Shown piece after piece: positions 29,014-38,279 of a stretch of DNA of 57,720 bases (its first letter is position 1; each line of letters starts with the position of its first letter). Under the pieces are notes generated by a model. That model had not been told where the DNA came from. It worked only from the letters and a program-made list of their open reading frames with translations, and made no database searches. Source of the DNA: an uncultured virus (IMG/VR IMGVR_UViG_3300008262_000056). Taxonomy: Duplodnaviria > Heunggongvirae > Uroviricota > Caudoviricetes. Location of the stretch: the IMG/VR virus record IMGVR_UViG_3300008262_000056, one strand, 5' to 3'. Both the position numbers and the translations under genes were made by a program.

Positions 29014-31518
29014 ATGGCTTACATAATTAAAAATACATCTGGTTTAGTTAACACTCGTGTAACGGATACAGGTAGACAAAAAATGTCTGAAGGTAATTTT
29101 AATATCTTGTACTTTGCAGTAGGGGATAGTGAAGTTTCATACAATGAATTACCATCAACATACAATCAGGCTAATACTGTTGTATTAGAGCCACAGTTCA
29201 ATGCGCAGAATAGTTCAGGTGTTCCTGAGTCAAATAGACAGTACATCAAATATCCATATTTAGTTGATGAGGGACAAACAAACATATATGGTATTCCTTT
29301 TATGGATTCAGGTATTGAATCTGTTTATAATAGAGCAGCCATGAGAGGATTTTTCACAGGAAATACAACAGCGTCTACTATAGATTGGAAAGCATTAGTT
29401 AACAACACATATGTTATCACACCAAATTATGTAGTTAATATGTCTACGTTGAACGGAACAAATCAAATAAGTGTACAAAGAATGGACTGTAACGTTCAAA
29501 ATAATAATACACCTAATGTTGGAGATTTTATAACAATATATTACGATGGAAGGGCAGAAACTGATTGTTCTTGTACTAATTTCCCTACACCAACACCTAC
29601 ACCTTCATTGTATAGTACACCAACACCTACACCAACACCAACAGGTACAAATTCAATACCATGTGCTTCACCAACACCAACACCTTCACCAACGCATACA
29701 CCATGTTTAACACCAACACCAAGTGCTCAATGTCCCGTACCACCACCACCTGATTGTTTGAAAGATGTGGTAAGTTGTTTTTCAATTTTAACTTATAGAA
29801 TTGTTGAAGTTTGTGGTGATGTTTTAACGTTAGATAGAGAGACACCTGATTTTACAAATTTATCTATTGATTGTTGGGCGAGAACATTAATTTATCCACC
29901 ACAGATGGTTCCTTTGTATGATAGTTTTACACCTGAACCACATTGGAGTAAAAGTGTGATTGACTTCGAATCGGTTTGTGATACTGATCAGTTTGATGTT
30001 AAAATATGGAATATGAACATTCCTTGGACTGAGAGTCCTGCTGGTTTAGCGTCGGCTCAATTTCAAGACTATACAAAATTTGGTTCTATTAATTATATAG
30101 GACAAAAAGAATATTTTGGATACACTTCATCTGATGGTCAAACATCTACGGACGATGTGTATTACTACAATTCTTTTGGTGAAAAAATTGTAGTTACACC
30201 TGAAGAACAAAAAACTATAGCAATTATACACTATACTAACCAAACCATTGATTTCTTCTATGGTGAAAAATTTGCATTAGAACCATACGACACTCAAAAC
30301 CCTGAGAACACCCAAGGTCAAGCAAGAAATTTCAAGTTACATATGCCAACAATAATGTGGCATAAAAATCCTGAATGTTGTTTTGGACAAACGTTTTGGG
30401 TTGATCCTCCTGGATTTGACAATCAAAATTTATTTCAAGTTCAATATACTAAATCTAAGATTTCACAACAAATGAATCAACCTGGACTTAGGTATTATAA
30501 TCTTTGGGATACATTTGCACAACCTAATGGTCAACCAAGTAGAGTAGGTAAAGTTTACCCCGATTCAAAACTAATTGTTATTGACGACGAAGAATTGGTG
30601 GCCGCTCTATCATATAAATCAAATAGAAACTGGACATTACCGGCACCACAAGTGTCTTTAATAACACCAAACACGTGTGGAACTTCAAATACTACAGGTG
30701 TTTTGACAGGAGGAGGAGAAACACTTTGGGTGACTTATAGATTATCAAATTCAAACACATTTACAAATTCATTACATAGTAATTACTACACAAGTGTCGT
30801 TGGAACTGAAAATGTCTGTTCACCTGAAACACCAAAGAATGTTGCAATTAGATTTGGTGGAGATTTCCCATGTTTAGTACAACCTGGATTCTCACCAACA
30901 ACTACAACCACAACATTTAATCCTGTAACCACATCAACAACTACAATTAATCCACCATATACAACAACTACAACAACTCAGTGTCCTGTATGTACTGTTC
31001 CTGCTGGATTCTACGCACAACAGTTCCAAGTATTGGCTCAAAAAACATTATCGGGAGTAAGACCTGATCCGGCACAATGGAGGTTAATTGATTTTACAAG
31101 TCAAATTGAACAATACTTCATTAATGGTTATGTAACGCAAGAATCTTTAACTGCAACTACTTTTGTTGTGACTGCAGAAAATTATGGAAGTGCACCTATA
31201 TACAATCTAAACAATTACATAAGTTTAGTTCCTAATGGTGCTACAGGACAACAATTAAATTTTGGTGATGAATACTATTTCTACGGTAATTTAGAAACCG
31301 ACATTCAAGCAACATTGTATGAGATGAAATATAAAATTAACTTAAGTGATAATGAATTCTTACTCTCTCAAAACCCAACTTGGACCCAAGGAACACCATC
31401 TTATGTTACAGAAATCGCTCTTTTAGATGAAAATAAAGATGTTTTAGTTATGTCTAAAATGCAATCACCTATCTTAAGACAAGGAATTCAACAGTACGTT
31501 ATCAAATTAGATTTCTAA
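29014..31518 (+). CDS. Putative tail-collar/baseplate protein with Pro-Thr and poly-Thr insertions
   Basis: N-term TDTGRQKM...YFAVGD and C-term VTEIALLDENKDVLVMSK resemble the two halves of a P2 gpH-like collar domain; TATTTAC at 29002. Confidence 0.6.
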   Translation: MAYIIKNTSGLVNTRVTDTGRQKMSEGNFNILYFAVGDSEVSYNELPSTYNQANTVVLEPQFNAQNSSGVPESNRQYIKYPYLVDEGQTNIYGIPFMDSGIESVYNRAAMRGFFTGNTTASTIDWKALVNNTYVITPNYVVNMSTLNGTNQISVQRMDCNVQNNNTPNVGDFITIYYDGRAETDCSCTNFPTPTPTPSLYSTPTPTPTPTGTNSIPCASPTPTPSPTHTPCLTPTPSAQCPVPPPPDCLKDVVSCFSILTYRIVEVCGDVLTLDRETPDFTNLSIDCWARTLIYPPQMVPLYDSFTPEPHWSKSVIDFESVCDTDQFDVKIWNMNIPWTESPAGLASAQFQDYTKFGSINYIGQKEYFGYTSSDGQTSTDDVYYYNSFGEKIVVTPEEQKTIAIIHYTNQTIDFFYGEKFALEPYDTQNPENTQGQARNFKLHMPTIMWHKNPECCFGQTFWVDPPGFDNQNLFQVQYTKSKISQQMNQPGLRYYNLWDTFAQPNGQPSRVGKVYPDSKLIVIDDEELVAALSYKSNRNWTLPAPQVSLITPNTCGTSNTTGVLTGGGETLWVTYRLSNSNTFTNSLHSNYYTSVVGTENVCSPETPKNVAIRFGGDFPCLVQPGFSPTTTTTTFNPVTTSTTTINPPYTTTTTTQCPVCTVPAGFYAQQFQVLAQKTLSGVRPDPAQWRLIDFTSQIEQYFINGYVTQESLTATTFVVTAENYGSAPIYNLNNYISLVPNGATGQQLNFGDEYYFYGNLETDIQATLYEMKYKINLSDNEFLLSQNPTWTQGTPSYVTEIALLDENKDVLVMSKMQSPILRQGIQQYVIKLDF

Positions 31519-31572
31519 TAAAACTACAATTTTTATCTTCATAGTTTATAATATAAATAAAATAATAGTTTT

Positions 31573-32181
31573 ATGGCAAAAAATTTAAAAAACTCCCCCA
31601 AAGTTTTGGGTCTTGATATTTCCACAAAAACCATAGGGTGGGCATTGTTTGATATTAAAACACAAGAATTACTTGAATTAACTCACATCTCACCAAGACC
31701 AAAAATGGAAAAAGATGAGGATGATAAATTAAAAGAATTATTGTTAAAATCAGAAATATTTGCCGAAAAACTTAAACAATATAAAGATTTAGGAATTGTT
31801 AGAATTATCATAGAAGAACCACTTTTGAATTCTAATAACATTTATACAATACAAACACTATTAAGATTTAATAGTTTTGTGTTTAAAGAAATCTATAATA
31901 TAATGGGAATTGTTCCTGAATTTATTTCAACTTACAACTCAAGAAAATTTGCATTCCCAGATTTAGTTCAAGAAAACGATAAGAAAAAATTTGTATTATT
32001 TGGTGGATTACCAAAAGACGTGGATAAGAAAATGATCATTTGGGAAAAAGTTGCAAAAAGAGAACCCCAAATTACATGGCATTATACAAAAAACAATACA
32101 TTAAAGAAAGAAAATTTTGATCAAACAGACGCCTATACTTGTGTTTTAGGATTTATGAGATCAAAAGAAATTTGGAAATAA
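31573..32181 (+). CDS. RuvC-like Holliday junction resolvase
   Basis: VLGLDISTKTIGWA, IIIEEP and DQTDAY acidic catalytic motifs. Confidence 0.8.
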   Translation: MAKNLKNSPKVLGLDISTKTIGWALFDIKTQELLELTHISPRPKMEKDEDDKLKELLLKSEIFAEKLKQYKDLGIVRIIIEEPLLNSNNIYTIQTLLRFNSFVFKEIYNIMGIVPEFISTYNSRKFAFPDLVQENDKKKFVLFGGLPKDVDKKMIIWEKVAKREPQITWHYTKNNTLKKENFDQTDAYTCVLGFMRSKEIWK

Positions 32182-32206
32182 TATCTTTTATATAACCGAT
32201 AATTTG

Positions 32207-32238
32207 AAATATCGTCTTTTTAGACGATATTTTTTTTT
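32207..32238. terminator. Intrinsic terminator between convergent genes, possibly bidirectional
   Basis: AAATATCGTCT-TTTT-AGACGATATTT 11-bp stem followed by a T run. Confidence 0.85.
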
Positions 32239-32239
32239 A

Positions 32240-33493
32240 TTAACAAATTGCGCCTGTATCTGTAGCGGTAAAGTTAGGTGAAGTTGACGTTGGAATTGTA
32301 ATTGAACAAACGTAAACGGATGTATAACCGTTTAATCCACCTGTAGATACTGTTCCATCACACTCGTAGTAGTCATATTTAACAAAACTTGGACTATTAT
32401 TCTCAACGTACCATCTTGTAAGGATACAAGGAGGTAAAGTTGTAGTTGTGGTTGTAGTACTTGTTGATGTTGTGGTCGTAGTTGGTTGTATATTAGAAAA
32501 ACAAGCTAAACAAGAACCATCAACTCTTGAACCTATTTCAGTTAATAATACAACTGTGTCAACCCCACTTATGTTTTCAAACAAACCTTCAAATGTAACA
32601 CAAGTTTGTTGACCGTTAATTTCTGCAAAATATACGTAATTTTCTAAAGGAGTATTTCCTGAAATTAAAACTAAATCTGAAGTATAATAATCTACACCAT
32701 TGAAACAATCACTAAATCTTTTACTATTAGCACATTGAATTACTTCAGTAAACGTATTGAATATAACTTCGCCTGAAAAATTACAAGGATAGTTAATAGT
32801 TGTTGTGGTAGTCGTTGTTGGTGCTATTGTGGTTGTAGTTGTGGTATATGTGACCGCAATAGCCGTAATTGACTTTCCACTACAAGGATTAGGAAGTACT
32901 GTTGTCGTAGTAGTCGTTGTGGGGGCTGCTGTAGTTGTTGTAGTTGTTGTAGGAACTAAACAATCAAAAATGGCGCTAAAATCAAATGTAGCACATGGAT
33001 CCACAGTTGTGGTTGTTGTTACACAAATTCCGGTATACGCTACCGTGTCGTCAAAATCAGGACAATCTGATGTGCTTCCAAAAGGACCAAACTGATCACA
33101 TGGGTCACCTAAGTTTTGTGCTAAACACCATCTTGTTTCACCTGTTGAATAAAACATGAAATATCCGGTGGTTTGACCTGTAAAATAAGATTCACCATCG
33201 TAAATTCCTGCTAACTGATAAGTGTCATCATAATTAGTGTCGTTTTCAACACAAAAAAACTGAGGACAAGTACAACCTGAACTACCAATAATTGTACCTG
33301 AACCATCTATATCATATACATCTATACCATCTGAATAGTATGATAGTAATGCTGGACTACTACATATTGAGTCTAAATAAACAATGTCACCTACAGTTAA
33401 ACCACTACCATAAAGAGTAAAACTCAAAGTAGATCCACAGGAACTGTTAGGGTCTGAGGCGGATGAAAATAAACCTAAATTATTACAAGACAT
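32240..33493 (-). CDS. Cys-rich mucin-like putative virion protein with several poly-Thr tracts
   Basis: Several T5-T8 runs between Cys-rich modules; shares modules with 26909-28987. Confidence 0.6.
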   Translation of the reverse strand: MSCNNLGLFSSASDPNSSCGSTLSFTLYGSGLTVGDIVYLDSICSSPALLSYYSDGIDVYDIDGSGTIIGSSGCTCPQFFCVENDTNYDDTYQLAGIYDGESYFTGQTTGYFMFYSTGETRWCLAQNLGDPCDQFGPFGSTSDCPDFDDTVAYTGICVTTTTTVDPCATFDFSAIFDCLVPTTTTTTTAAPTTTTTTTVLPNPCSGKSITAIAVTYTTTTTTIAPTTTTTTTINYPCNFSGEVIFNTFTEVIQCANSKRFSDCFNGVDYYTSDLVLISGNTPLENYVYFAEINGQQTCVTFEGLFENISGVDTVVLLTEIGSRVDGSCLACFSNIQPTTTTTSTSTTTTTTTLPPCILTRWYVENNSPSFVKYDYYECDGTVSTGGLNGYTSVYVCSITIPTSTSPNFTATDTGAIC

Positions 33494-33494
33494 A

Positions 33495-33716
33495 TTATAT
33501 CAACAAATTTTCTTCAACCAAACAATTATTACTATCAACTGATTTTACACCTACCGAACCCATACCTTCTAAAATATACGGAAGATCAAAAACATATGGG
33601 ATTTGACCCGATGTTATTGTATCTATGTAAATACAAGTTGTGTAACCTGTATCACATGTGTAAATGTCAAAAGGTGAAGAACCGCTTAAACCAGTAATTG
33701 TAATTTGTGTTGGCAT
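33495..33716 (-). CDS. Small putative virion protein; paralog of 22632-22928
   Basis: Similarity noted above; TATTTAT on the minus strand at 33724-33730. Confidence 0.6.
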   Translation of the reverse strand: MPTQITITGLSGSSPFDIYTCDTGYTTCIYIDTITSGQIPYVFDLPYILEGMGSVGVKSVDSNNCLVEENLLI

Positions 33717-33755
33717 ATCAACAATAAATATAAAAGAACATGAAAGTTTGTGTAG

Positions 33756-33784
33756 TTGATGTATTGAAAGTTTATGTTTATATT
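33756..33784 (+). promoter_or_regulatory. Putative early/middle promoter TTGATG-N17-TATATT for primase operon
   Basis: 17-nt spacer; ATG 7 nt downstream; similar arrangement at 35534, 48533, 52087 and 57237. Confidence 0.5.
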
Positions 33785-33791
33785 ATAAGGG

Positions 33792-34691
33792 ATGGAAGAA
33801 AATGAAGCGTTAGTTGAGTTATTGGAAGAAGTTCTTGGTGATCACGGACTTCATTACCCAAATCGTGGACAAATTTCATTCAATTGCCCCGTATGTGATG
33901 ACGGTAGAAATAAACATAATATGGAGGTCAATTACATAGATAATGTCTATAAGTGTTGGTCCTGCGGTGATAGTGAGGGTACGCACGGAGCATTAGGTAG
34001 AATTTTTGATAAATACGGAAATAAAAAACAAAAAAAACTTTATAATGTTCTAAAACCTGAAACCGTTGTAAAGAGAGAAAAAAAGAAAAAAACGATGAAA
34101 CTCCCTGAGGGTTTTACGTTGTTCAAAGACTCAAGTCCGGTATATCCTGTGAGAAGACAAGCCATGAATTATCTTAAAAATCGTGGGATCACAGACGAGA
34201 TGATAGAAAAGTTTGGTATTGGATTTTGTGATAAAGGGGATCATGCTGGTCGAATTGTAATCCCATCATACAATACAAAAGGTGAGTTGAATTATTATAT
34301 TGCGAGAAGTTGGAACCCAATGTCTCGTGCTAAATATAAAAATCCTGAAGCCGAAAAAGACAAAATTATATTTTGGGAAAATCTAATTGATTGGAACAAA
34401 GACATTTATTTGGTGGAAGGTGCGTTCGATGGGTTATTCGTAGATAACCCAATTCCAATGTTAGGTAAACACATGTCAGAACTTTTGTTTGAGACGATAT
34501 ACAAAAAGGCAAAGGCTGATATAATTATTTGTTTAGATGCTGATGCTTGGGAAAACGCAGTTAAACTATACCACGAATTACATGGTGGTGAATTATGGGG
34601 TAGAATTAAAATAATAAAACTACCTGACGATAAAGATATTGCCGACCTACGAGGTGAAATAAAAGAAGAATACTATCATATTATAAGATAA
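33792..34691 (+). CDS. DNA primase (zinc finger + TOPRIM)
   Basis: CPVC...CWSC zinc finger, GRIVIP, LVEGAFD, CLDAD and KDIAD. Confidence 0.9.
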   Translation: MEENEALVELLEEVLGDHGLHYPNRGQISFNCPVCDDGRNKHNMEVNYIDNVYKCWSCGDSEGTHGALGRIFDKYGNKKQKKLYNVLKPETVVKREKKKKTMKLPEGFTLFKDSSPVYPVRRQAMNYLKNRGITDEMIEKFGIGFCDKGDHAGRIVIPSYNTKGELNYYIARSWNPMSRAKYKNPEAEKDKIIFWENLIDWNKDIYLVEGAFDGLFVDNPIPMLGKHMSELLFETIYKKAKADIIICLDADAWENAVKLYHELHGGELWGRIKIIKLPDDKDIADLRGEIKEEYYHIIR

Positions 34692-35554
34692 TGGATTTAA
34701 AAAAAATTGCACAAGAAATTAGGGACATCATTTCTGAAAGACAAAAAGAGTTCCAACTTACCTTTGAAGAGGAAAGTCACAAATATACAATGTTGGATAA
34801 AGATGGAAATTTAAAATCAGATTTTCCATCGGTATCTAAAGTTATGAAAATATTTTATGACGACTTTCCAACGGAACAAGCGGCGTATAACAAAGCCGGT
34901 GGTGATCCTGATGAGGCCGAAAGATTAATGGAAGAGTGGGCGGAAGCCGGTAGAAAATCAACAAACTTGGGATCTCGTTGTCACTTCTTTTTGGAAGAAC
35001 ATACACTAAAAGAATTTGGAGTTGAGAAAATTGTACGACAACCAATATTTGATTGTGATGCAGAACAGATCATTAAGAGTGATACTATGATTATGGCTGG
35101 TAAGCATTACATAGAACTTCTTAAAGAAAGAGGATGTATATTAATTGATACAGAAATGGTTTTAGGTCATCCTGACTTAGGTTATACAGGACAACCCGAT
35201 AAGGTGTGGTTAGTCATTGGAACAAACGGGAATCTTGGTATTTTAATAACGGATTGGAAATCTAACAAACCAAAGAATTTTGCGGTTACCCGTTATACTA
35301 AAAAAATGAAACAACCATTTGAAGACTTACCTGATAATGCTTTAGGTCACTACAATACCCAGTTACCTTTTTATGGTAAGTTACTTTTGAAAATGTTAGA
35401 AGGAACTAAATATGAAAACATACAACTATTAGGTTGTATTATCGTTTTGATTACTGAAGAAAGAGAGTACCATGAGTACCGAGTATCCAAAAAAACGATG
35501 AATACTATTTTAGAAATGGACATGAAACAATATTTGACTAAAATTAATAAATAA
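34691..35554 (+). CDS. PD-(D/E)XK exonuclease
   Basis: GSRCH, GQPDK, ITDWKS and QLPFY motifs. Confidence 0.75.
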   Translation: MDLKKIAQEIRDIISERQKEFQLTFEEESHKYTMLDKDGNLKSDFPSVSKVMKIFYDDFPTEQAAYNKAGGDPDEAERLMEEWAEAGRKSTNLGSRCHFFLEEHTLKEFGVEKIVRQPIFDCDAEQIIKSDTMIMAGKHYIELLKERGCILIDTEMVLGHPDLGYTGQPDKVWLVIGTNGNLGILITDWKSNKPKNFAVTRYTKKMKQPFEDLPDNALGHYNTQLPFYGKLLLKMLEGTKYENIQLLGCIIVLITEEREYHEYRVSKKTMNTILEMDMKQYLTKINK

Positions 35555-35562
35555 ACTATTAT
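35534..35562 (+). promoter_or_regulatory. Putative sigma70-like promoter TTGACT-N17-TATTAT
   Basis: Near-consensus -35/-10 with 17-nt spacer; ATG at 35568. Confidence 0.55.
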
Positions 35563-35567
35563 TGAGT

Positions 35568-35660
35568 ATGACACTAACAATAACACCTACTTGGGTAACA
35601 ACAACTAGTTGGGACCAATTATTACCTATTAAAGTAAAAATAAACTATATTATAAAATAA
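35568..35660 (+). CDS. Small 30-aa ORF MTLTITPTWVTTTSWDQLLPIKVKINYIIK (not in ORF track)
   Basis: Fills the gap between a promoter and the next ATG (35663). Confidence 0.4.
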   Translation: MTLTITPTWVTTTSWDQLLPIKVKINYIIK

Positions 35661-35662
35661 AA

Positions 35663-35878
35663 ATGGACGATATTATTAAACCAAAGATTGATCTTAGACA
35701 ACAACAGACAATCAAATGTGAAAAATGCGAGTCAAAGTTCTTCAAAGAAGTAACAATGCTTAAGAAAGTACCTAAATTATTAACAGGAAGTCACGAAGAC
35801 ACAATTGTACCATTCCCAACTTATATGTGTAATGAGTGTGGTCACGTAAACGAAGACTTTGAATTATTCATAGACTAA
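35663..35878 (+). CDS. Small zinc-ribbon protein
   Basis: CEKC...CNECGH. Confidence 0.75.
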   Translation: MDDIIKPKIDLRQQQTIKCEKCESKFFKEVTMLKKVPKLLTGSHEDTIVPFPTYMCNECGHVNEDFELFID

Positions 35879-35973
35879 TGGAAATAGGTAAAATGACTAT
35901 CAGTGAAGCAGAACCATACTTAGAAAGTATTGCAATGCTTTATGGATTAAACTTGGGTAAAGTTAAACAATAA
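35878..35973 (+). CDS. 31-aa ORF, possibly a truncated gene (MEIGKMTISEAEPYLESIAMLYGLNLGKVKQ)
   Basis: TAATG coupling to upstream gene; early stop. Confidence 0.4.
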   Translation: MEIGKMTISEAEPYLESIAMLYGLNLGKVKQ

Positions 35974-35981
35974 TTGAAAAG

Positions 35982-36131
35982 ATGGGTCAAGTAAAAGAGG
36001 AAAGAACTAAAAGCGATTTATTACCTTTCCAACACATACCAGTACCGATTAATCCATTCCCCGTCCAAGATGATCCCTACAGACCACCATACGAAGTATA
36101 TTGCGGAGACAAAACACAATTGAATGATTAA
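35982..36131 (+). CDS. 49-aa Pro-rich ORF, possibly a 5'-truncated gene
   Basis: MGQVKEERTKSDLLPFQHIPVPINPFPVQDDPYRPPYEVYCGDKTQLND; stop overlaps the SbcD start. Confidence 0.4.
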   Translation: MGQVKEERTKSDLLPFQHIPVPINPFPVQDDPYRPPYEVYCGDKTQLND

Positions 36132-36903
36132 GAAACTTATACACTTTTCAGACTTACATATCCGTCTTTTTAAAGACCACGATTTGTATAAATCAATTTT
36201 GGAAACTGCCATTGAACAATGGAAAGAGTTGAAGCCAGAACGCATCGTGTTCACGGGTGATTTAGTTCATTCTAAAAACCAAATGACACCTGAACTTATT
36301 GAGATGGTTAGATGGTTATTAACAGAATGTTCTTCTGTTGCTAAAACAATTATTATTCCAGGTAACCACGACTTCTTGGTTAATAACACAGAAAGATTGG
36401 ATGCTCTTTCACCTATCATTAATTCACTGAATAGTGAAAACATCGTCTATTACAAAGACAGAGGAGTTTATGAAGACGAAAACATCAGTTGGTGTGTGTA
36501 TTCACAATATCAAGGTAATATTCCGCCTGAAATTACTGAAGCGAAAGGTAAAAGAATTGGATTATTTCACGGACCAATTCAGGGAATGAAAACAGATCTT
36601 GGGTTTGACTTTGGTGAGGAGGCATATGACGTTGAAAAGTTCGATGGGTTAGAAACCGTGTTATGTGGAGACATTCACAAAAGACAAGAATTCAAATTCA
36701 AAACCGGTAAAGGTTATATGATTGGGAGTCCAATCCAACAAAATATTGGTGAGAGTATTGGACGACACGGTTATGGGATCTACAATGTTGAAAGTCAAGA
36801 ATATTCTTATGTAGATCTACCAAACCCAAAACCATTTCTAAAGTTCTCCATAAAATCATTTGAAGATATTGAAAATGGAACCGAAAAACTCCAAAATATT
36901 TAG
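36124..36903 (+). CDS. Mre11/SbcD (gp47-like) metallophosphoesterase nuclease
   Basis: FSDLH, GDLVH, PGNHD, FHG and GDIH motifs. Confidence 0.9.
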   Translation: MIKKLIHFSDLHIRLFKDHDLYKSILETAIEQWKELKPERIVFTGDLVHSKNQMTPELIEMVRWLLTECSSVAKTIIIPGNHDFLVNNTERLDALSPIINSLNSENIVYYKDRGVYEDENISWCVYSQYQGNIPPEITEAKGKRIGLFHGPIQGMKTDLGFDFGEEAYDVEKFDGLETVLCGDIHKRQEFKFKTGKGYMIGSPIQQNIGESIGRHGYGIYNVESQEYSYVDLPNPKPFLKFSIKSFEDIENGTEKLQNI

Positions 36904-37594
36904 TAAGGAAATGATGCAGGCGGTGTCTGCATTTTGTGAATCCAAAGAAATTAAGGATGTGGATAATTTCATTTACCTTTGTTTTAAACAAGGATTTGAT
37001 ATCAGAAAATATGGTCTTTTGGAAAAAACACTTAATGAAGGTGAAAAAGACTTAAAAACGGGTGAAGTTCAGGAAAAACGAGTGGAAATAGAGGTAATAA
37101 AAGAAATACGGGTGGAAGTTCCTGTCGAAGTTATTAAAGAAGTTGAGGTTATTAAAGAGGTTGAAAAGATTGTTGAAATACCTATTGAGGTAATCAAGGA
37201 AGTTGAGAAAATAATCCACACCTCTGATGATACTCAAGTAAATGAACTGTTGTCAAAAATAGAACAGTTAAACGGAGAAATTTCGATTAAAACTACCGAA
37301 ATTGGCAGAATTAGAGAAGAATTTTCCATTAAAACGGAAGAAATGGAAAATATTTTCCAAAATAAAATGTCTGAAAAGGATGAAGATTTAGACGAACTTA
37401 GACAAAAGTTAGACATTCTCGTAACAAATGATAAGACAAAAATGTTACAAGAAACACTCCAAAACTTAAGAAGTGAGTTACAACAAAAGAACGAACAAAT
37501 AAGAGAATTGGAAAAAATAAACCGAGAACTTCTTAACGGTAATCAAAATCAAGCTTACCTTTTGAGGGGATCAAATTTAAATAGACGAGTATGA
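36875..37594 (+). CDS. Coiled-coil protein with VEVP/IKEVEK repeats (ATG start 36875)
   Basis: VEVPVEVIKEVEVIKEVEKIVEIPIEVIKEVEKII followed by a heptad-rich tail. Confidence 0.7.
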   Translation: MEPKNSKIFSKEMMQAVSAFCESKEIKDVDNFIYLCFKQGFDIRKYGLLEKTLNEGEKDLKTGEVQEKRVEIEVIKEIRVEVPVEVIKEVEVIKEVEKIVEIPIEVIKEVEKIIHTSDDTQVNELLSKIEQLNGEISIKTTEIGRIREEFSIKTEEMENIFQNKMSEKDEDLDELRQKLDILVTNDKTKMLQETLQNLRSELQQKNEQIRELEKINRELLNGNQNQAYLLRGSNLNRRV

Positions 37595-37947
37595 TAATTT
37601 TAATGTGGATGATTGCGGCCTATGGGATGACCAATATTTTGGTTTACGGATCAATCTTCAACGGATTAAGAAATTGGATCCATAATAACGCACAACCTAA
37701 TGTTGGATTGACTATTTTTAGACCAGTATTTGAATTCATTTCAAACTTAATAAAATGTGTACTTTGCACATCAACATGGGTAGGATTCTTTTTATCGTTA
37801 ACATTGTTTGCACCTTGGCATGAAATAATTGGACTTAATAAATATATTTCTATATTTTTTGATGGAATGTTATCGGCAGGTGCCGTATGGGCGATTAATA
37901 GTGTAATCGAATGGTTTGAAGAAAATAGACCAAATAATAATAATTAA
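37591..37947 (+). CDS. Small membrane protein, DUF1360-like
   Basis: Hydrophobic helices with LIKCVLCTSTWVG (CxxC..W) motif. Confidence 0.6.
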   Translation: MIILMWMIAAYGMTNILVYGSIFNGLRNWIHNNAQPNVGLTIFRPVFEFISNLIKCVLCTSTWVGFFLSLTLFAPWHEIIGLNKYISIFFDGMLSAGAVWAINSVIEWFEENRPNNNN

Positions 37948-37959
37948 CTAAAAGTAAAA

Positions 37960-38277
37960 ATGGGAAAAGCGGCAAAAGAACACAGAAAGAAAGTTGCAAA
38001 ACGAAATGCAAAAATTAAACAAGAAAAGGCTGGCATGCAAAAAGCTTTTGATATGTTACTACAACAACAATTGGAAAAATTGAAAAATGATGAAATGACT
38101 GCAATGGTGGGAGATCAAGAAGTTAAAATGGAATTAGTTGAAGATAAAATAGTTGACCATGCATTCAAGTTCACTCCTAATGAAGAGGAGTCTGCAAAAA
38201 TCAACAAAGAATTTGAACCTGAATATGATAGTGCGGGATATACAATCGAAGATAGAGAGTTACCAACAGAAGAATAA
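37960..38277 (+). CDS. Hypothetical protein with basic N-terminus and acidic C-terminus
   Basis: Clean ORF in operon. Confidence 0.6.
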   Translation: MGKAAKEHRKKVAKRNAKIKQEKAGMQKAFDMLLQQQLEKLKNDEMTAMVGDQEVKMELVEDKIVDHAFKFTPNEEESAKINKEFEPEYDSAGYTIEDRELPTEE

Positions 38278-38279
38278 AA

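Noticed and set aside
32805..33095. Poly-Val 96-aa plus-strand ORF
   Set aside because: Antisense shadow of the poly-Thr tracts in 32240-33493.
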